NCBI GenBank assembly: GCA_965261335.1 | Contig: OZ253450.1 | Coordinates: 386,772-450,771, forward strand | Direction: 5' to 3' | DNA: 64,000 nt | Source of the DNA: Candidatus Spongiihabitans sp. | GTDB taxonomy: Bacteria; Pseudomonadota; Gammaproteobacteria; Arenicellales; Poriferihabitantaceae | Shown: positions 18,497 through 27,538 of the stretch, one piece after another | Numbering within the stretch: the first letter of the stretch is position 1 | Layout: each line of letters starts with the position of its first letter | Made by a program: the position numbers and the translations under genes | Notes under the pieces: generated by a model | Databases searched by the model: none | What the model saw: only the letters and a program-made list of their open reading frames with translations | What the model was told of the DNA's origin: nothing

Positions 18497-20113
18497 TTGA
18501 TAGGTATGCAACAAAATTTAATGACCCGATTGTGGCAAAAGGACACTGCTCTATGGAGCGGTGCTGATGCCGATGCTATCACCAGCCGGCTAGGTTGGCT
18601 GGATGCTGTGGCATGGATGGAGGCACATATTGACGATATTCATCGCTGGGCACAACAAATCGCTGGCTGCGGTCAATTTGACACGGTTATTTTATTGGGC
18701 ATGGGCGGCTCCAGCTTAGCCGCTGAAGTGTTTTCAACGGTATTTGTCGACTCTACCGACACGATTCAACCAAGCCTCCAATTGCGGGTTATGGATAGCA
18801 CCTCCCCGGCTCAAATCAAGGCACTTGATGACGTGCTTGCGCGTTCGTTAATTATCGTTGCCAGCAAATCGGGGAACACGGTGGAAACAGCCGATTTATT
18901 TGCCTACTTCCATGCACAATTACGCCAATATACCGATTGTCCGGGCGATCATCTGGTCGCTATTACCGACCCAGATTCGTGGCTCCACCAACACGCCGTT
19001 GAAAATGATTTTACTCGGGTTTTTCTGAACCCGCCCGATATAGGTGGGCGTTATTCGGCATTGAGTTATTTCGGCTTGGTGCCGGCCGCCTTGATTGGAG
19101 TTAACCTGCATCGATTATTGGCAAACACGCGCATGTTGAGCGATGCGTGTCAGTCTGATACGGATAATCCTGCGGCTCATGCGGTATTGGCGTTAGCACA
19201 CCTGATGGGCGATGGTGCCTTGTCGGGACGACCTATTTTGCAGCTGCGTCTCACCCCGCCGTTACAGTCGCTGGCAGTGTGGATTGAGCAATTGGTTGCG
19301 GAAAGTCTTGGAAAAGAGGCAAAGGGCATATTGCCGACATACGATGATGCGATAGATACTCCAAACCAAAATAATATGTTGAGCGTCTATATTGGACTTG
19401 ATGACGAGGACGGCGACAGGCACAAGGCGGCAACACGGACTGCCGATATGCGGTGGCATTTGGCGAGCCGTTATGATATTGGTGCGGAATTTTTACGCTG
19501 GGAAATGGCAACTGCGCTGGCAGCGAGCATCATGGCAGTCAATCCATTCGATCAACCCGATGTTGAGCAGGCAAAGCAACAAACACGATTATTTATAACC
19601 GGTCGGGAGTCGCAACCATTCAATACGCTATTTGAAAACCAGCACTATATGGTATATGCCCCTGCGATGGGAGAGGATAATGCAAAGCCCACGATACAGG
19701 CTGTATTCGACCGATTTGAAGCCCTGTCCACTGGCACATTATATTTGGCAGTGCTGGCTTATGTGCCAGATTTTGTCGCTGTCAATGACCGTTTACAAGC
19801 CCTGCGGCGGCGATTCGCACAACGCTTCGTGCTGACTACCACATTAGGTTATGGTCCGCGTTATTTGCATTCGACCGGGCAGTTTCACAAAGGCGGTCCA
19901 GCCAGCGGCTGTTTTATCCAAATTACCGAGCAGGCGATGGCAGACATCGCAATTCCCGGTCGGCATTACAGTTTTTCCGACTTACACAGCGCGCAGGCTG
20001 ATGGAGATTATGCGGTTCTGGAGAAAAAAGCGCGTCCGCTACTGCGAATAACACTAAAAGGCGATAGACTCGCGGCGTTGGATAAATTGGTAGCAGACAT
20101 TGAACACGGGTAG
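18497..20113 (+). CDS. pgi: Glucose-6-phosphate isomerase (SIS-domain PGI family)
   Basis: 538 aa with the motifs ASKSGNTVET and GGRYSALSYFGLVPAAL. The listed start is TTG at 18497; ATG at 18506 is an alternative. Confidence 0.8.
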   Translation: MIGMQQNLMTRLWQKDTALWSGADADAITSRLGWLDAVAWMEAHIDDIHRWAQQIAGCGQFDTVILLGMGGSSLAAEVFSTVFVDSTDTIQPSLQLRVMDSTSPAQIKALDDVLARSLIIVASKSGNTVETADLFAYFHAQLRQYTDCPGDHLVAITDPDSWLHQHAVENDFTRVFLNPPDIGGRYSALSYFGLVPAALIGVNLHRLLANTRMLSDACQSDTDNPAAHAVLALAHLMGDGALSGRPILQLRLTPPLQSLAVWIEQLVAESLGKEAKGILPTYDDAIDTPNQNNMLSVYIGLDDEDGDRHKAATRTADMRWHLASRYDIGAEFLRWEMATALAASIMAVNPFDQPDVEQAKQQTRLFITGRESQPFNTLFENQHYMVYAPAMGEDNAKPTIQAVFDRFEALSTGTLYLAVLAYVPDFVAVNDRLQALRRRFAQRFVLTTTLGYGPRYLHSTGQFHKGGPASGCFIQITEQAMADIAIPGRHYSFSDLHSAQADGDYAVLEKKARPLLRITLKGDRLAALDKLVADIEHG

Positions 20114-20222
20114 GCATGATAATTGATATGAAGGGGCTAGTAGGCAATTCGGTTCATCTATGTAAATCGCCGCTCCTGCACGTCCTTCGCCCGCAGCATA
20201 CATTACATCCATGTAAACAATA

Positions 20223-21149
20223 ATGCTTACATTTCAACAAATTATTATCACATTGCAGCAGTATTGGGCAGATCAAGGATGTGTCATTCTGCAACCCTAT
20301 GACATGCAGGTGGGGGCTGGCACGTTCCATCCGGCAACCTTTCTGGGTGCCATCGGTCCGGAACCGCTGTATGCGGCGTATGTACAACCCTCTCGTCGTC
20401 CAACAGACGGACGTTATGGTGAAAATCCCAATCGTTTACAACACTACTTCCAATTTCAGGTGGTGCTAAAACCTTCGCCGGATAATTTTCAGGACTTATA
20501 TCTCGGCTCGCTGACAAGTCTTGGATTGAACATGCTCAAAGATGATGTTCGATTTGTTGAAGATGATTGGGAGTCACCCACATTAGGTGCTTGGGGCTTA
20601 GGCTGGGAAATCTGGATAAATGGCATGGAGGTCTCCCAATTCACCTATTTTCAGCAGGTTGGTGGCTTGGACTGCAAACCGGTTACTGGCGAAATTACCT
20701 ATGGGTTGGAGCGTATTGCCATGTATTTACAAGGCGTGGATTCGTTATTTGATCTGTGCTGGTCAAAGGGCGTGAACAACACGGTAGCAGGATACAGCTA
20801 TGGCGATCTTTATCGACAAAACGAAATCGAGCAATCTGTTTATAATTTTGAATGCTCGGATGTGACACAACTTTTTGCACAATTTAATGGTGCAGAAACA
20901 CTGGCGTTGGAATTGGTCGAAAAAGAATTACCCCTACCTGCTTACGAGCAAGTGCTAACCGCGTCCCATACATTTAACTTGCTGGATGCCCGCCATGCCA
21001 TCGGCGTAACCGAACGTGCCCGATATATTGGACGGGTGCGTCATTTATCAAAACGTGTGGCACAAAGTTATTATCACAGCCGCGAACAAGCAGGCTTTCC
21101 TCGCAATCACAAAACCGTGACTCGCGGGTCTCGTCGACGAACAAAATAA
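20223..21149 (+). CDS. glyQ: Glycine--tRNA ligase alpha subunit
   Basis: 308 aa. N-terminus [37 protein letters not shown] is highly characteristic of GlyQ. Confidence 0.97.
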   Translation: MLTFQQIIITLQQYWADQGCVILQPYDMQVGAGTFHPATFLGAIGPEPLYAAYVQPSRRPTDGRYGENPNRLQHYFQFQVVLKPSPDNFQDLYLGSLTSLGLNMLKDDVRFVEDDWESPTLGAWGLGWEIWINGMEVSQFTYFQQVGGLDCKPVTGEITYGLERIAMYLQGVDSLFDLCWSKGVNNTVAGYSYGDLYRQNEIEQSVYNFECSDVTQLFAQFNGAETLALELVEKELPLPAYEQVLTASHTFNLLDARHAIGVTERARYIGRVRHLSKRVAQSYYHSREQAGFPRNHKTVTRGSRRRTK

Positions 21150-23281
21150 TGGCACAATCAAAAAAATCGCTTGGTCGGAGGCGGAATCTGTTAATTGAAC
21201 TGGGCACCGAAGAGCTACCTCCTAAAGCACTCAAAAATCTGGCTCAATCATTCGCATACCATTTTTTTAATGGTTTGGTTGCAGCGCGTGTCGTTGAGGA
21301 TAATCCGAATCAATATAAATACTATGCCACACCACGGCGACTGGCAGTTTGGGTCAAAGCCGTTTTGCCCAAACAGCCCGACCGCACTGAACAACGAAAA
21401 GGCCCATCAATACAAAGTGCGTTTGACGACCATGGTATGCCCACTGTCGCGGCTCATGGATTTGCAAAATCATGTGCCGTGTCGGTTGAACAATTAGAAA
21501 AATCGCTTTCCGATGAACCAGCGCGATTGGTTTTTAAGCACAAAGTAAAAGGCAGAAAACTAAATATACTGGTTGATCAATGTTTGCATGACAGCATAAA
21601 AGCATTACCCATTCCGAAACGGATGCGATGGGGGAATAACGAGATGATGTTTGTTAGACCGGTACATTGGTTGCTGGCATTGTATGGCAGCGATGTGATT
21701 AGCACCAAAGCATTGGGACTCAAAGCCGACCGTTTGACTCACGGACACCGATTCCACTGCCCGACAATATTAAAAATACCCGCAGCAGATCGTTATCTAC
21801 ATATATTAAAACTACATGGATTCGTTATCGCCGATTACGAAACTCGTCAAGCACTTATTGTCAAACAGGCGACCCGCCTAGTAAAAAAAACCGCTAACCG
21901 AGTCGAAATCGATCAAGGCTTGCTCGATCAGGTCACCGCTCTGGTTGAATGGCCGACTGCATCGCTCGGCAAATTTGACCGCAAATATTTGAAGTTACCG
22001 AAAGAGGTTTTGGTGTCAACAATGGCAGATCATCAAAAATATTTTCATGTCACTAACGAGCAGGGGAAATTGATGCCATTGTTTGTTTCTCTCAGCAACA
22101 TCAAAAGCAAAACCCCGAAACGTGTGTGCCAGGGCAATGAGCGGGTGCTGAGTGCGCGCTTATCTGATGCCGAATTTTTCTGGAATACCGATCAGAAAAT
22201 AAAATTATATGAGCGGGTTGACGCGCTTAAGAATGTTCTATTTCATAATAAGCTGGGTTCGGTTTATGACAAGACCATCCGGGTCGAGAAATTAGCCTGT
22301 GTGATTGCCACAAAACTCAAAGCGAATAAAGTGCAAGTACAGCGAGTGGCGCGATTGTGTAAAACCGATTTGGTCACCGATATGGTTGGCGAATTTCCGC
22401 AACTGCAAGGGACTATCGGCAAGTATTATGCGACCAATCAGGGCGAAGACAAAGCAGTTGCCAATGCCATCGAAGAGCATTACCTGCCACGCTATGCGAA
22501 TGATACATTACCGTCAACATCCGTCGCACAATGTATCGCACTGGCAGATAAAATTGATTCTCTGGTGGGGATATTTGCGACCGCTGAGATACCTACTGGC
22601 GATAAAGACCCATTTGCCTTACGCCGTGCCGCATTAGGCGTATTACGCATCATTATCGAGAAAAAACTGGCTCTAGACTTATTCGATTTGTTGTCGTTGA
22701 GCATGGCACAATACATCGATTGTGACTTAAAAAACCTGCATACAACTGATGCAGTACTGAATCAGGTATTCGACTTTAGCAACGAACGATTGAAGGGATA
22801 TTTTCAGTCGCAGGGCTTTTGTGTACAAGAAATCGCCGCAGTACAGGCTTGTAACCCAACCAAACCCATCGACTTTGCCAATCGCTTACAGGCAGTGAGT
22901 CATTTCTTCAACAAACAGCCTAGCGCGGCTAAATCACTGGCTGCAGCGAATAAACGAATTGCTAATATTTTAAGCCGCGCTCATTTTGATGACACCGTCA
23001 AATTTAAGCGCGAGCTCATCATAGAGCCTGCGGAAAAACAATTAGCAAACGAGGTTGACACCATTCGCAGTGAAGTAAATCAACATTTCAAGGCACATCG
23101 ATACGAGCAAGGTTTTAACAAATTATCGACATTAAAAATCTTGATTGATGAATTTTTTGAGCAGGTGATGGTGATGCATGATGATGTGGCAATCAAAAAT
23201 AATCGCTTGCTATTACTGATGAAAATTCGTCAATTATTCCTTGGTGTCGCCGATATTTCTCATATTCGGATTGACCCATGA
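21149..23281 (+). CDS. glyS: Glycine--tRNA ligase beta subunit
   Basis: 710 aa. TAATG overlap with glyQ. N-terminal LLIELGTEELPPK motif and typical glyQS synteny. Confidence 0.95.
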   Translation: MAQSKKSLGRRRNLLIELGTEELPPKALKNLAQSFAYHFFNGLVAARVVEDNPNQYKYYATPRRLAVWVKAVLPKQPDRTEQRKGPSIQSAFDDHGMPTVAAHGFAKSCAVSVEQLEKSLSDEPARLVFKHKVKGRKLNILVDQCLHDSIKALPIPKRMRWGNNEMMFVRPVHWLLALYGSDVISTKALGLKADRLTHGHRFHCPTILKIPAADRYLHILKLHGFVIADYETRQALIVKQATRLVKKTANRVEIDQGLLDQVTALVEWPTASLGKFDRKYLKLPKEVLVSTMADHQKYFHVTNEQGKLMPLFVSLSNIKSKTPKRVCQGNERVLSARLSDAEFFWNTDQKIKLYERVDALKNVLFHNKLGSVYDKTIRVEKLACVIATKLKANKVQVQRVARLCKTDLVTDMVGEFPQLQGTIGKYYATNQGEDKAVANAIEEHYLPRYANDTLPSTSVAQCIALADKIDSLVGIFATAEIPTGDKDPFALRRAALGVLRIIIEKKLALDLFDLLSLSMAQYIDCDLKNLHTTDAVLNQVFDFSNERLKGYFQSQGFCVQEIAAVQACNPTKPIDFANRLQAVSHFFNKQPSAAKSLAAANKRIANILSRAHFDDTVKFKRELIIEPAEKQLANEVDTIRSEVNQHFKAHRYEQGFNKLSTLKILIDEFFEQVMVMHDDVAIKNNRLLLLMKIRQLFLGVADISHIRIDP

Positions 23282-23643
23282 AACAAGACTCTTTTGCGAC
23301 AATGATGGACGAAGTGGCCGCTTTCCATGATAAACATGCGTTCAACCAAAACGGCGGCGAAGACATGATTTATCGCATATCACTGATGACCGAAGAGTTG
23401 GGCGAAATTTCCGCCTGTGTAACCAAAGGCAAGCCACTTTCCGAGCTTGCAGAAGAATGTGCCGACTTGTTGATTCTGATTATGGGAAATGCCATCGCCG
23501 CAGATTTTGACTTGAACGCGGCTTTCTGGAAAAAAATGGATAAAATTTCAAAACGTAAAAGCCGTATGATTGATGGCAGGATTCGGGTTTCTGCCTTTGA
23601 GGATACGGTTACGAACAGCCAAAATAACGTGCCCGAACAATGA
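23278..23643 (+). CDS. MazG-like nucleotide pyrophosphohydrolase domain protein (small, 121 aa)
   Basis: EExGE...ExxD pattern: MTEELGEISACV ... LAEECADLLILIMGNA. 4-nt ATGA overlaps with both glyS and gmhB. Confidence 0.6.
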   Translation: MKQDSFATMMDEVAAFHDKHAFNQNGGEDMIYRISLMTEELGEISACVTKGKPLSELAEECADLLILIMGNAIAADFDLNAAFWKKMDKISKRKSRMIDGRIRVSAFEDTVTNSQNNVPEQ

Positions 23644-24221
23644 ACTCAATGGATAGAAAGCTCATTATTCTCGCTCGAGATGGGGTCATTAACTACCAAG
23701 CAGAAGGGGGTATCAAATCCCCGCAAGAATGGGTTGCCATCCCCGGCAGTTTGGAAGCCATTTCCCTCCTGTGTCGGGAAGAATATCGGGTGGTGGTCAT
23801 TACCAATCAATCTGGTATTTCCAAAGGATTATATTCTATCAATGTGCTGAATCAGATTCATCAAAAAATGCTTGATAAATTACATCATAGTGGCGGGGAG
23901 ATTGATGCGATATTTTTCTGTCCACATCATGCTAACCAACAGTGCGAATGCAGAAAACCGAAACATGGACTGTTTCTTGAATTGTCAAAACGCCTGAAAT
24001 GCAATCTAAAAAACGTCTGTGCTGTGGGTGATTCATTAGTCGATTTGCAAGCTGCCTGCACGGCTGGAGCAACCCCGATATTGGTTGAAACCGGCAAAGG
24101 AGTAAGCCATACCGATATACTTTCAAGCAATCATCATGAAATCGCCATTGACACCGTACCCAGATTCAAAGATTTGAGTCACTTTGTTGATCATTTGCTA
24201 AATCGGACTGTGCGTGTTTGA
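23640..24221 (+). CDS. gmhB: D-glycero-beta-D-manno-heptose 1,7-bisphosphate 7-phosphatase (HAD-IIIA)
   Basis: 193 aa. DGVIN motif, Zn-binding CPHHxxxxCxCRKP motif (FFCPHHANQQCECRKPKHGL), GDSxxD, and glyQS-gmhB-plsC synteny. Confidence 0.85.
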   Translation: MNSMDRKLIILARDGVINYQAEGGIKSPQEWVAIPGSLEAISLLCREEYRVVVITNQSGISKGLYSINVLNQIHQKMLDKLHHSGGEIDAIFFCPHHANQQCECRKPKHGLFLELSKRLKCNLKNVCAVGDSLVDLQAACTAGATPILVETGKGVSHTDILSSNHHEIAIDTVPRFKDLSHFVDHLLNRTVRV

Positions 24222-24960
24222 CAGAGGTGACTGGATGTTGCATTTACGTTCATTGCTCTATCTCATCGGTCAATCCGTAACAGCCGTGATTGTCAGCCTA
24301 ATAGCTCTGTGTTGTTTCTTTTTACCATCGTTAACTCGTGCAAAAATCATTTCGATGTGGGCACGTTTTAATATCTGGACATTACGGGTATTATGCGGCA
24401 TCCATTTTCGGCTCACTGGTGCGGAAAATATCCCCGCCCAGCCATCTGTAATCATCTCCAATCACCAATCTGCTTGGGAAACGCTTTGCTTCCAAATAAT
24501 TTTCCCGCCCCAATCCTATCTGTTAAAAAAGGAATTGCTGTGGCTACCCTTCTTTGGATGGGGGCTGGCAATGAACCGTCCGATTGCCATCGACCGCACA
24601 AAAAAAAAACGTGCATTGGATTATTTGATTAAACAAGGCATCATTCGTCTCAACGAAGGACGCTGGCTGGTTGTTTTTCCGGAAGGCTCGCGCATGTTAC
24701 CCGGTCAGCCGGGAAAATTTCAAGTCGGCGGTGCCATGCTTGCCACCCAAGCGGGTTGTTCGGTTATTCCGGTTGCCCATAACGCCGGATTGTTCTGGCC
24801 GAAAAACAGCTTCCTCAAATACCCTGGCGTAATCGACATCATTATCGCGCCCATCATAGACACTCATGGCAAAAAAACCCGTGAAGTGAATCAACAGGTT
24901 GAAACCTGCATTCGTCATAACCTAAAGAAATTACCTACCAGTAGAATACTCTCTGATTGA
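24214..24960 (+). CDS. plsC: 1-acyl-sn-glycerol-3-phosphate acyltransferase
   Basis: 248 aa. Acyltransferase motifs NHQSAWET (HX4D/E type) and FPEGSR. An alternative ATG start lies at 24235. Confidence 0.85.
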   Translation: MFDRGDWMLHLRSLLYLIGQSVTAVIVSLIALCCFFLPSLTRAKIISMWARFNIWTLRVLCGIHFRLTGAENIPAQPSVIISNHQSAWETLCFQIIFPPQSYLLKKELLWLPFFGWGLAMNRPIAIDRTKKKRALDYLIKQGIIRLNEGRWLVVFPEGSRMLPGQPGKFQVGGAMLATQAGCSVIPVAHNAGLFWPKNSFLKYPGVIDIIIAPIIDTHGKKTREVNQQVETCIRHNLKKLPTSRILSD

Positions 24961-25279
24961 CAGAGAGCTGCTTGGGGAAGTCTCTTGATACCCAACACAG
25001 TGCGCGGTGCCTCATCATCCCGAAGGTGGTGAATATCATCCAAGTGAAAACTGCCTTCATGCTGCATCAGGATGAGGGTCTTGATGAATTCAGAGGGCAG
25101 GTACCTCGATTACTTTTTAGTCGGGGAAGTGTTTGTCGATTCGCCCAGAAAGGTTCATGTAATCCATTAAGGGTGTCCATTACTTTATCAGTAACCAATA
25201 AACCGGCACGATCCGTGAGTAAATCGTTCGTTGTATCGAGTTTGTAAGGTAGCATAGTCATCAGCCTTGAGTTGTACAC
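24961..25279 (-). pseudogene. IS1380-family-like DDE transposase, N-terminal remnant (frameshifted, truncated)
   Basis: Minus-strand ORF 25067..25279 reads ...YKLDTTNDLLTDRAGLLVTDKVMDTLNGL...LPRLKSNRG. A second frame continues as YLPSEFIKTLILMQHEGSFHLDDIHHLRDDEAPRTVLGIKRLPQAA. Together these fit the conserved N-terminal ~110 aa of IS1380-type transposases (LTSxAGL...; ..G....D...L..D). No DDE catalytic region follows. The remnant abuts the plsC stop. Confidence 0.5.
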
Positions 25280-25413
25280 CCATTGGAGGATGGAAGGTTT
25301 TGCTGTTAACCATTATAGAGACAGGACTCCCTACGTTTTAGGGGTTTTTATCTGTGGATTGGGAGCCAGAAATGTTGCATCTAAAGTAAAAACAGATTAT
25401 GTTCCGTTTGCGT

Positions 25414-25500
25414 GCCGGGGTGGCGAAATTGGTAGACGCGCCAGATTCAAAATCTGGTTGGGGCAACTCAGTGTCGGTTCGAGTCCGACCCTCGGTACCA
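25414..25500 (+). tRNA. tRNA-Leu (anticodon CAA)
   Basis: GCCGGGGTGGCGAAATTGGTAGACGCGCCAGATTCAAAATCTGG...GTCGGTTCGAGTCCGACCCTCGGTACCA. It has a long variable arm, the anticodon loop TTCAAAA, the T-loop GGTTCGAGTCC, and an encoded CCA. It is close to E. coli tRNA-Leu(CAA). Confidence 0.9.
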
Positions 25501-25620
25501 GTGTTTATTATGGTGGTAAAAGTGTTCATAAAAACGCCATATTCATATTTCTGACTATGGCGAATTATCACAAGAGGCGTTAAACTATGTTGCCAGAAAG
25601 TTAAACAATAACGTAACAAA

Positions 25621-26094
25621 ATGAACAAAATGAACAAAATCCCAGTAGAAAACCCGCCCCAACACGACCTCAAAACCCACATCGGCGAATCCGTCATCAT
25701 TGTTGGCGATGTCAACGGTAAAGAAGATGTTGTCATTGATGGTAGCGTAGAGGGCGACATCAATTTTCGTGATAACAGTGTCATCATCAGCAAAAGTGGG
25801 CGAATCAAAGCGAGTATAACCGCCAGAGATATTGTCGTTATCGGGGATGTAAAAGGTGCGCTACACGCAAGTGAACAGGTCACGATAGAGGCTTCGGGCA
25901 AGGTGATTGGCAATATTCATGCGCCGCGAGTTTCTTTGAATGATGGCTGTCAGTTCAAAGGAGCCGTTGATATGGATGAGATAGGCACTTCATCAGATAA
26001 CCAAGCATCAAAGATTCGACTATCCAAAACCCCCTTTTCTCGTGAGCACCCCCTCAAAGTAGCCAGAAAGCCCAACCAGTCTGGTCAATCATAA
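25621..26094 (+). CDS. Bactofilin family (polymer-forming cytoskeletal) protein
   Basis: 157 aa. Repetitive beta-helix pattern typical of bactofilin/DUF583: VIIVGDVNGKEDVVIDGSVEGDI...ITARDIVVIGDVKG...VTIEASGKVIGNIHAPRVSLNDGCQFKG. Confidence 0.8.
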   Translation: MNKMNKIPVENPPQHDLKTHIGESVIIVGDVNGKEDVVIDGSVEGDINFRDNSVIISKSGRIKASITARDIVVIGDVKGALHASEQVTIEASGKVIGNIHAPRVSLNDGCQFKGAVDMDEIGTSSDNQASKIRLSKTPFSREHPLKVARKPNQSGQS

Positions 26095-26135
26095 ATGCTA
26101 CAACCCCACACTTATGTAATAAACCGTTTTCTAGC

Positions 26136-27485
26136 CTAGTCGTTCACGGTTTGTGCTACGGTTTTCGCAATTTGTTTGGTCAGGGTTTGCACTTGCTCCA
26201 TGTCATTTCCCTCGATCATAACTCGGAATAAGGGTTCCGTTCCGGAAGGACGTAATACAACCCTACCAGTTCGTCCTAAAGTTTCTTCAGCATCTACAAC
26301 GGCATCAAGAATATGTGGATGTTCTGACAATTTTTTGCCATTTGAATTGCCGATTGGGACATTGATCATGTGTTGCGGGTAAACTTCCATTCCGTTCGCT
26401 AATTCGTCAACCGGCTTATCGCTTTCGAGCATCCATTCCAGCACCTCGAGCGCAGCGACAATGCCGTCACCGGTCGTCGTTTTATCTAAGCATATAATAT
26501 GACCAGATGCTTCGCCACCCAAATTCCATTGGTTGTTTGTCAGTGCCTCATGGACATAACGATCACCTACTTGGGTTCGTTGAAACGGGATTAACATTTT
26601 TTCGAGTGCCCGCTCCAATCCCAGATTACTCATCACCGTGCCGACAACGCCACCATTAAGCCGCTTGTTCACTTTTCGATAATCAGCAAGCATATAGAGT
26701 ATCTGATCGCCGTTAATTTCGTTGCCCTTCCGATCAACCAGTAAAACACGGTCAGCATCGCCATCCAGCGCAATGCCTAAATCAGCTTCGGTTTCCTTGA
26801 CATGTTTCTTCAGGGTCGTTAAATCGGTCGAACCACATACTGCATTGATGTTAAACCCATCCGGCTTATCGGCAATAGCAACAACATCCGCACCCAATTC
26901 GGCAAAGACTTTGGGGGCGACATTGTACGCCGCACCATTGGCACAGTCGATAACCAGTTTTATACCCGACAGTGTTTTTGTTTCGTCAAACGTGCTTTTA
27001 CAATGCTCAATATACCGTCCATAGGCATCGGAAAAGCGTTTCGCCTTGCCCATAGCCATCGAACCAACACATCGTAGCGGCTGCCACATCATCTCATCAA
27101 TTTCATTGACCAGATCATCTTGTAGTTTTGTGCCTTCGGATGAAAATATTTTTATCCCGTTGTCGTAGTATGGATTGTGAGAAGCACTGATGACCACACC
27201 AGCACAGGCTCTAGCAGTGCGGGTAAGATAGGCAATCCCCGGTGAGGGCATCGGACCAAGCAAAGAGACATTCACTCCTGCGGCAGAAAATCCTGCTTCT
27301 AAAGCTGATTCCAACATATATCCCGAAACACGGGTGTCTTTACCGATTAACACCGTATCACCGCGCCCAACTTTGGAGAATACACAACCAGCTGCCCAGC
27401 CCAGTTTTAATATAGTGTCTGGCGTAATCGGCTGTTTACCGACCTCACCTCTTATCCCATCCGTGCCAAACAGTGAGTCCCTCAT
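26136..27485 (-). CDS. glmM: Phosphoglucosamine mutase
   Basis: 449 aa. N-terminal FGTDGIRG, the active-site serine loop ISASHNPYYDNGIK, and typical position after ftsH. Confidence 0.95.
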   Translation of the reverse strand: MRDSLFGTDGIRGEVGKQPITPDTILKLGWAAGCVFSKVGRGDTVLIGKDTRVSGYMLESALEAGFSAAGVNVSLLGPMPSPGIAYLTRTARACAGVVISASHNPYYDNGIKIFSSEGTKLQDDLVNEIDEMMWQPLRCVGSMAMGKAKRFSDAYGRYIEHCKSTFDETKTLSGIKLVIDCANGAAYNVAPKVFAELGADVVAIADKPDGFNINAVCGSTDLTTLKKHVKETEADLGIALDGDADRVLLVDRKGNEINGDQILYMLADYRKVNKRLNGGVVGTVMSNLGLERALEKMLIPFQRTQVGDRYVHEALTNNQWNLGGEASGHIICLDKTTTGDGIVAALEVLEWMLESDKPVDELANGMEVYPQHMINVPIGNSNGKKLSEHPHILDAVVDAEETLGRTGRVVLRPSGTEPLFRVMIEGNDMEQVQTLTKQIAKTVAQTVND

Positions 27486-27538
27486 CTAATTGCTATCGCT
27501 TTGACTGCTGACATAAACGCGCAGCGGCCATCACTAAT

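Noticed and set aside
24957-25247. Plus-strand ORF 24957..25247 (96 aa)
   Set aside because: It lies antisense to the transposase remnant, which has recognisable family similarity, and it has no motif of its own.
25338-25913. Minus-strand ORF 25338..25913 (191 aa)
   Set aside because: It overlaps the tRNA-Leu gene and runs antisense to the bactofilin gene. Its low-complexity Ser/Thr/Leu-rich translation is typical of a shadow frame.
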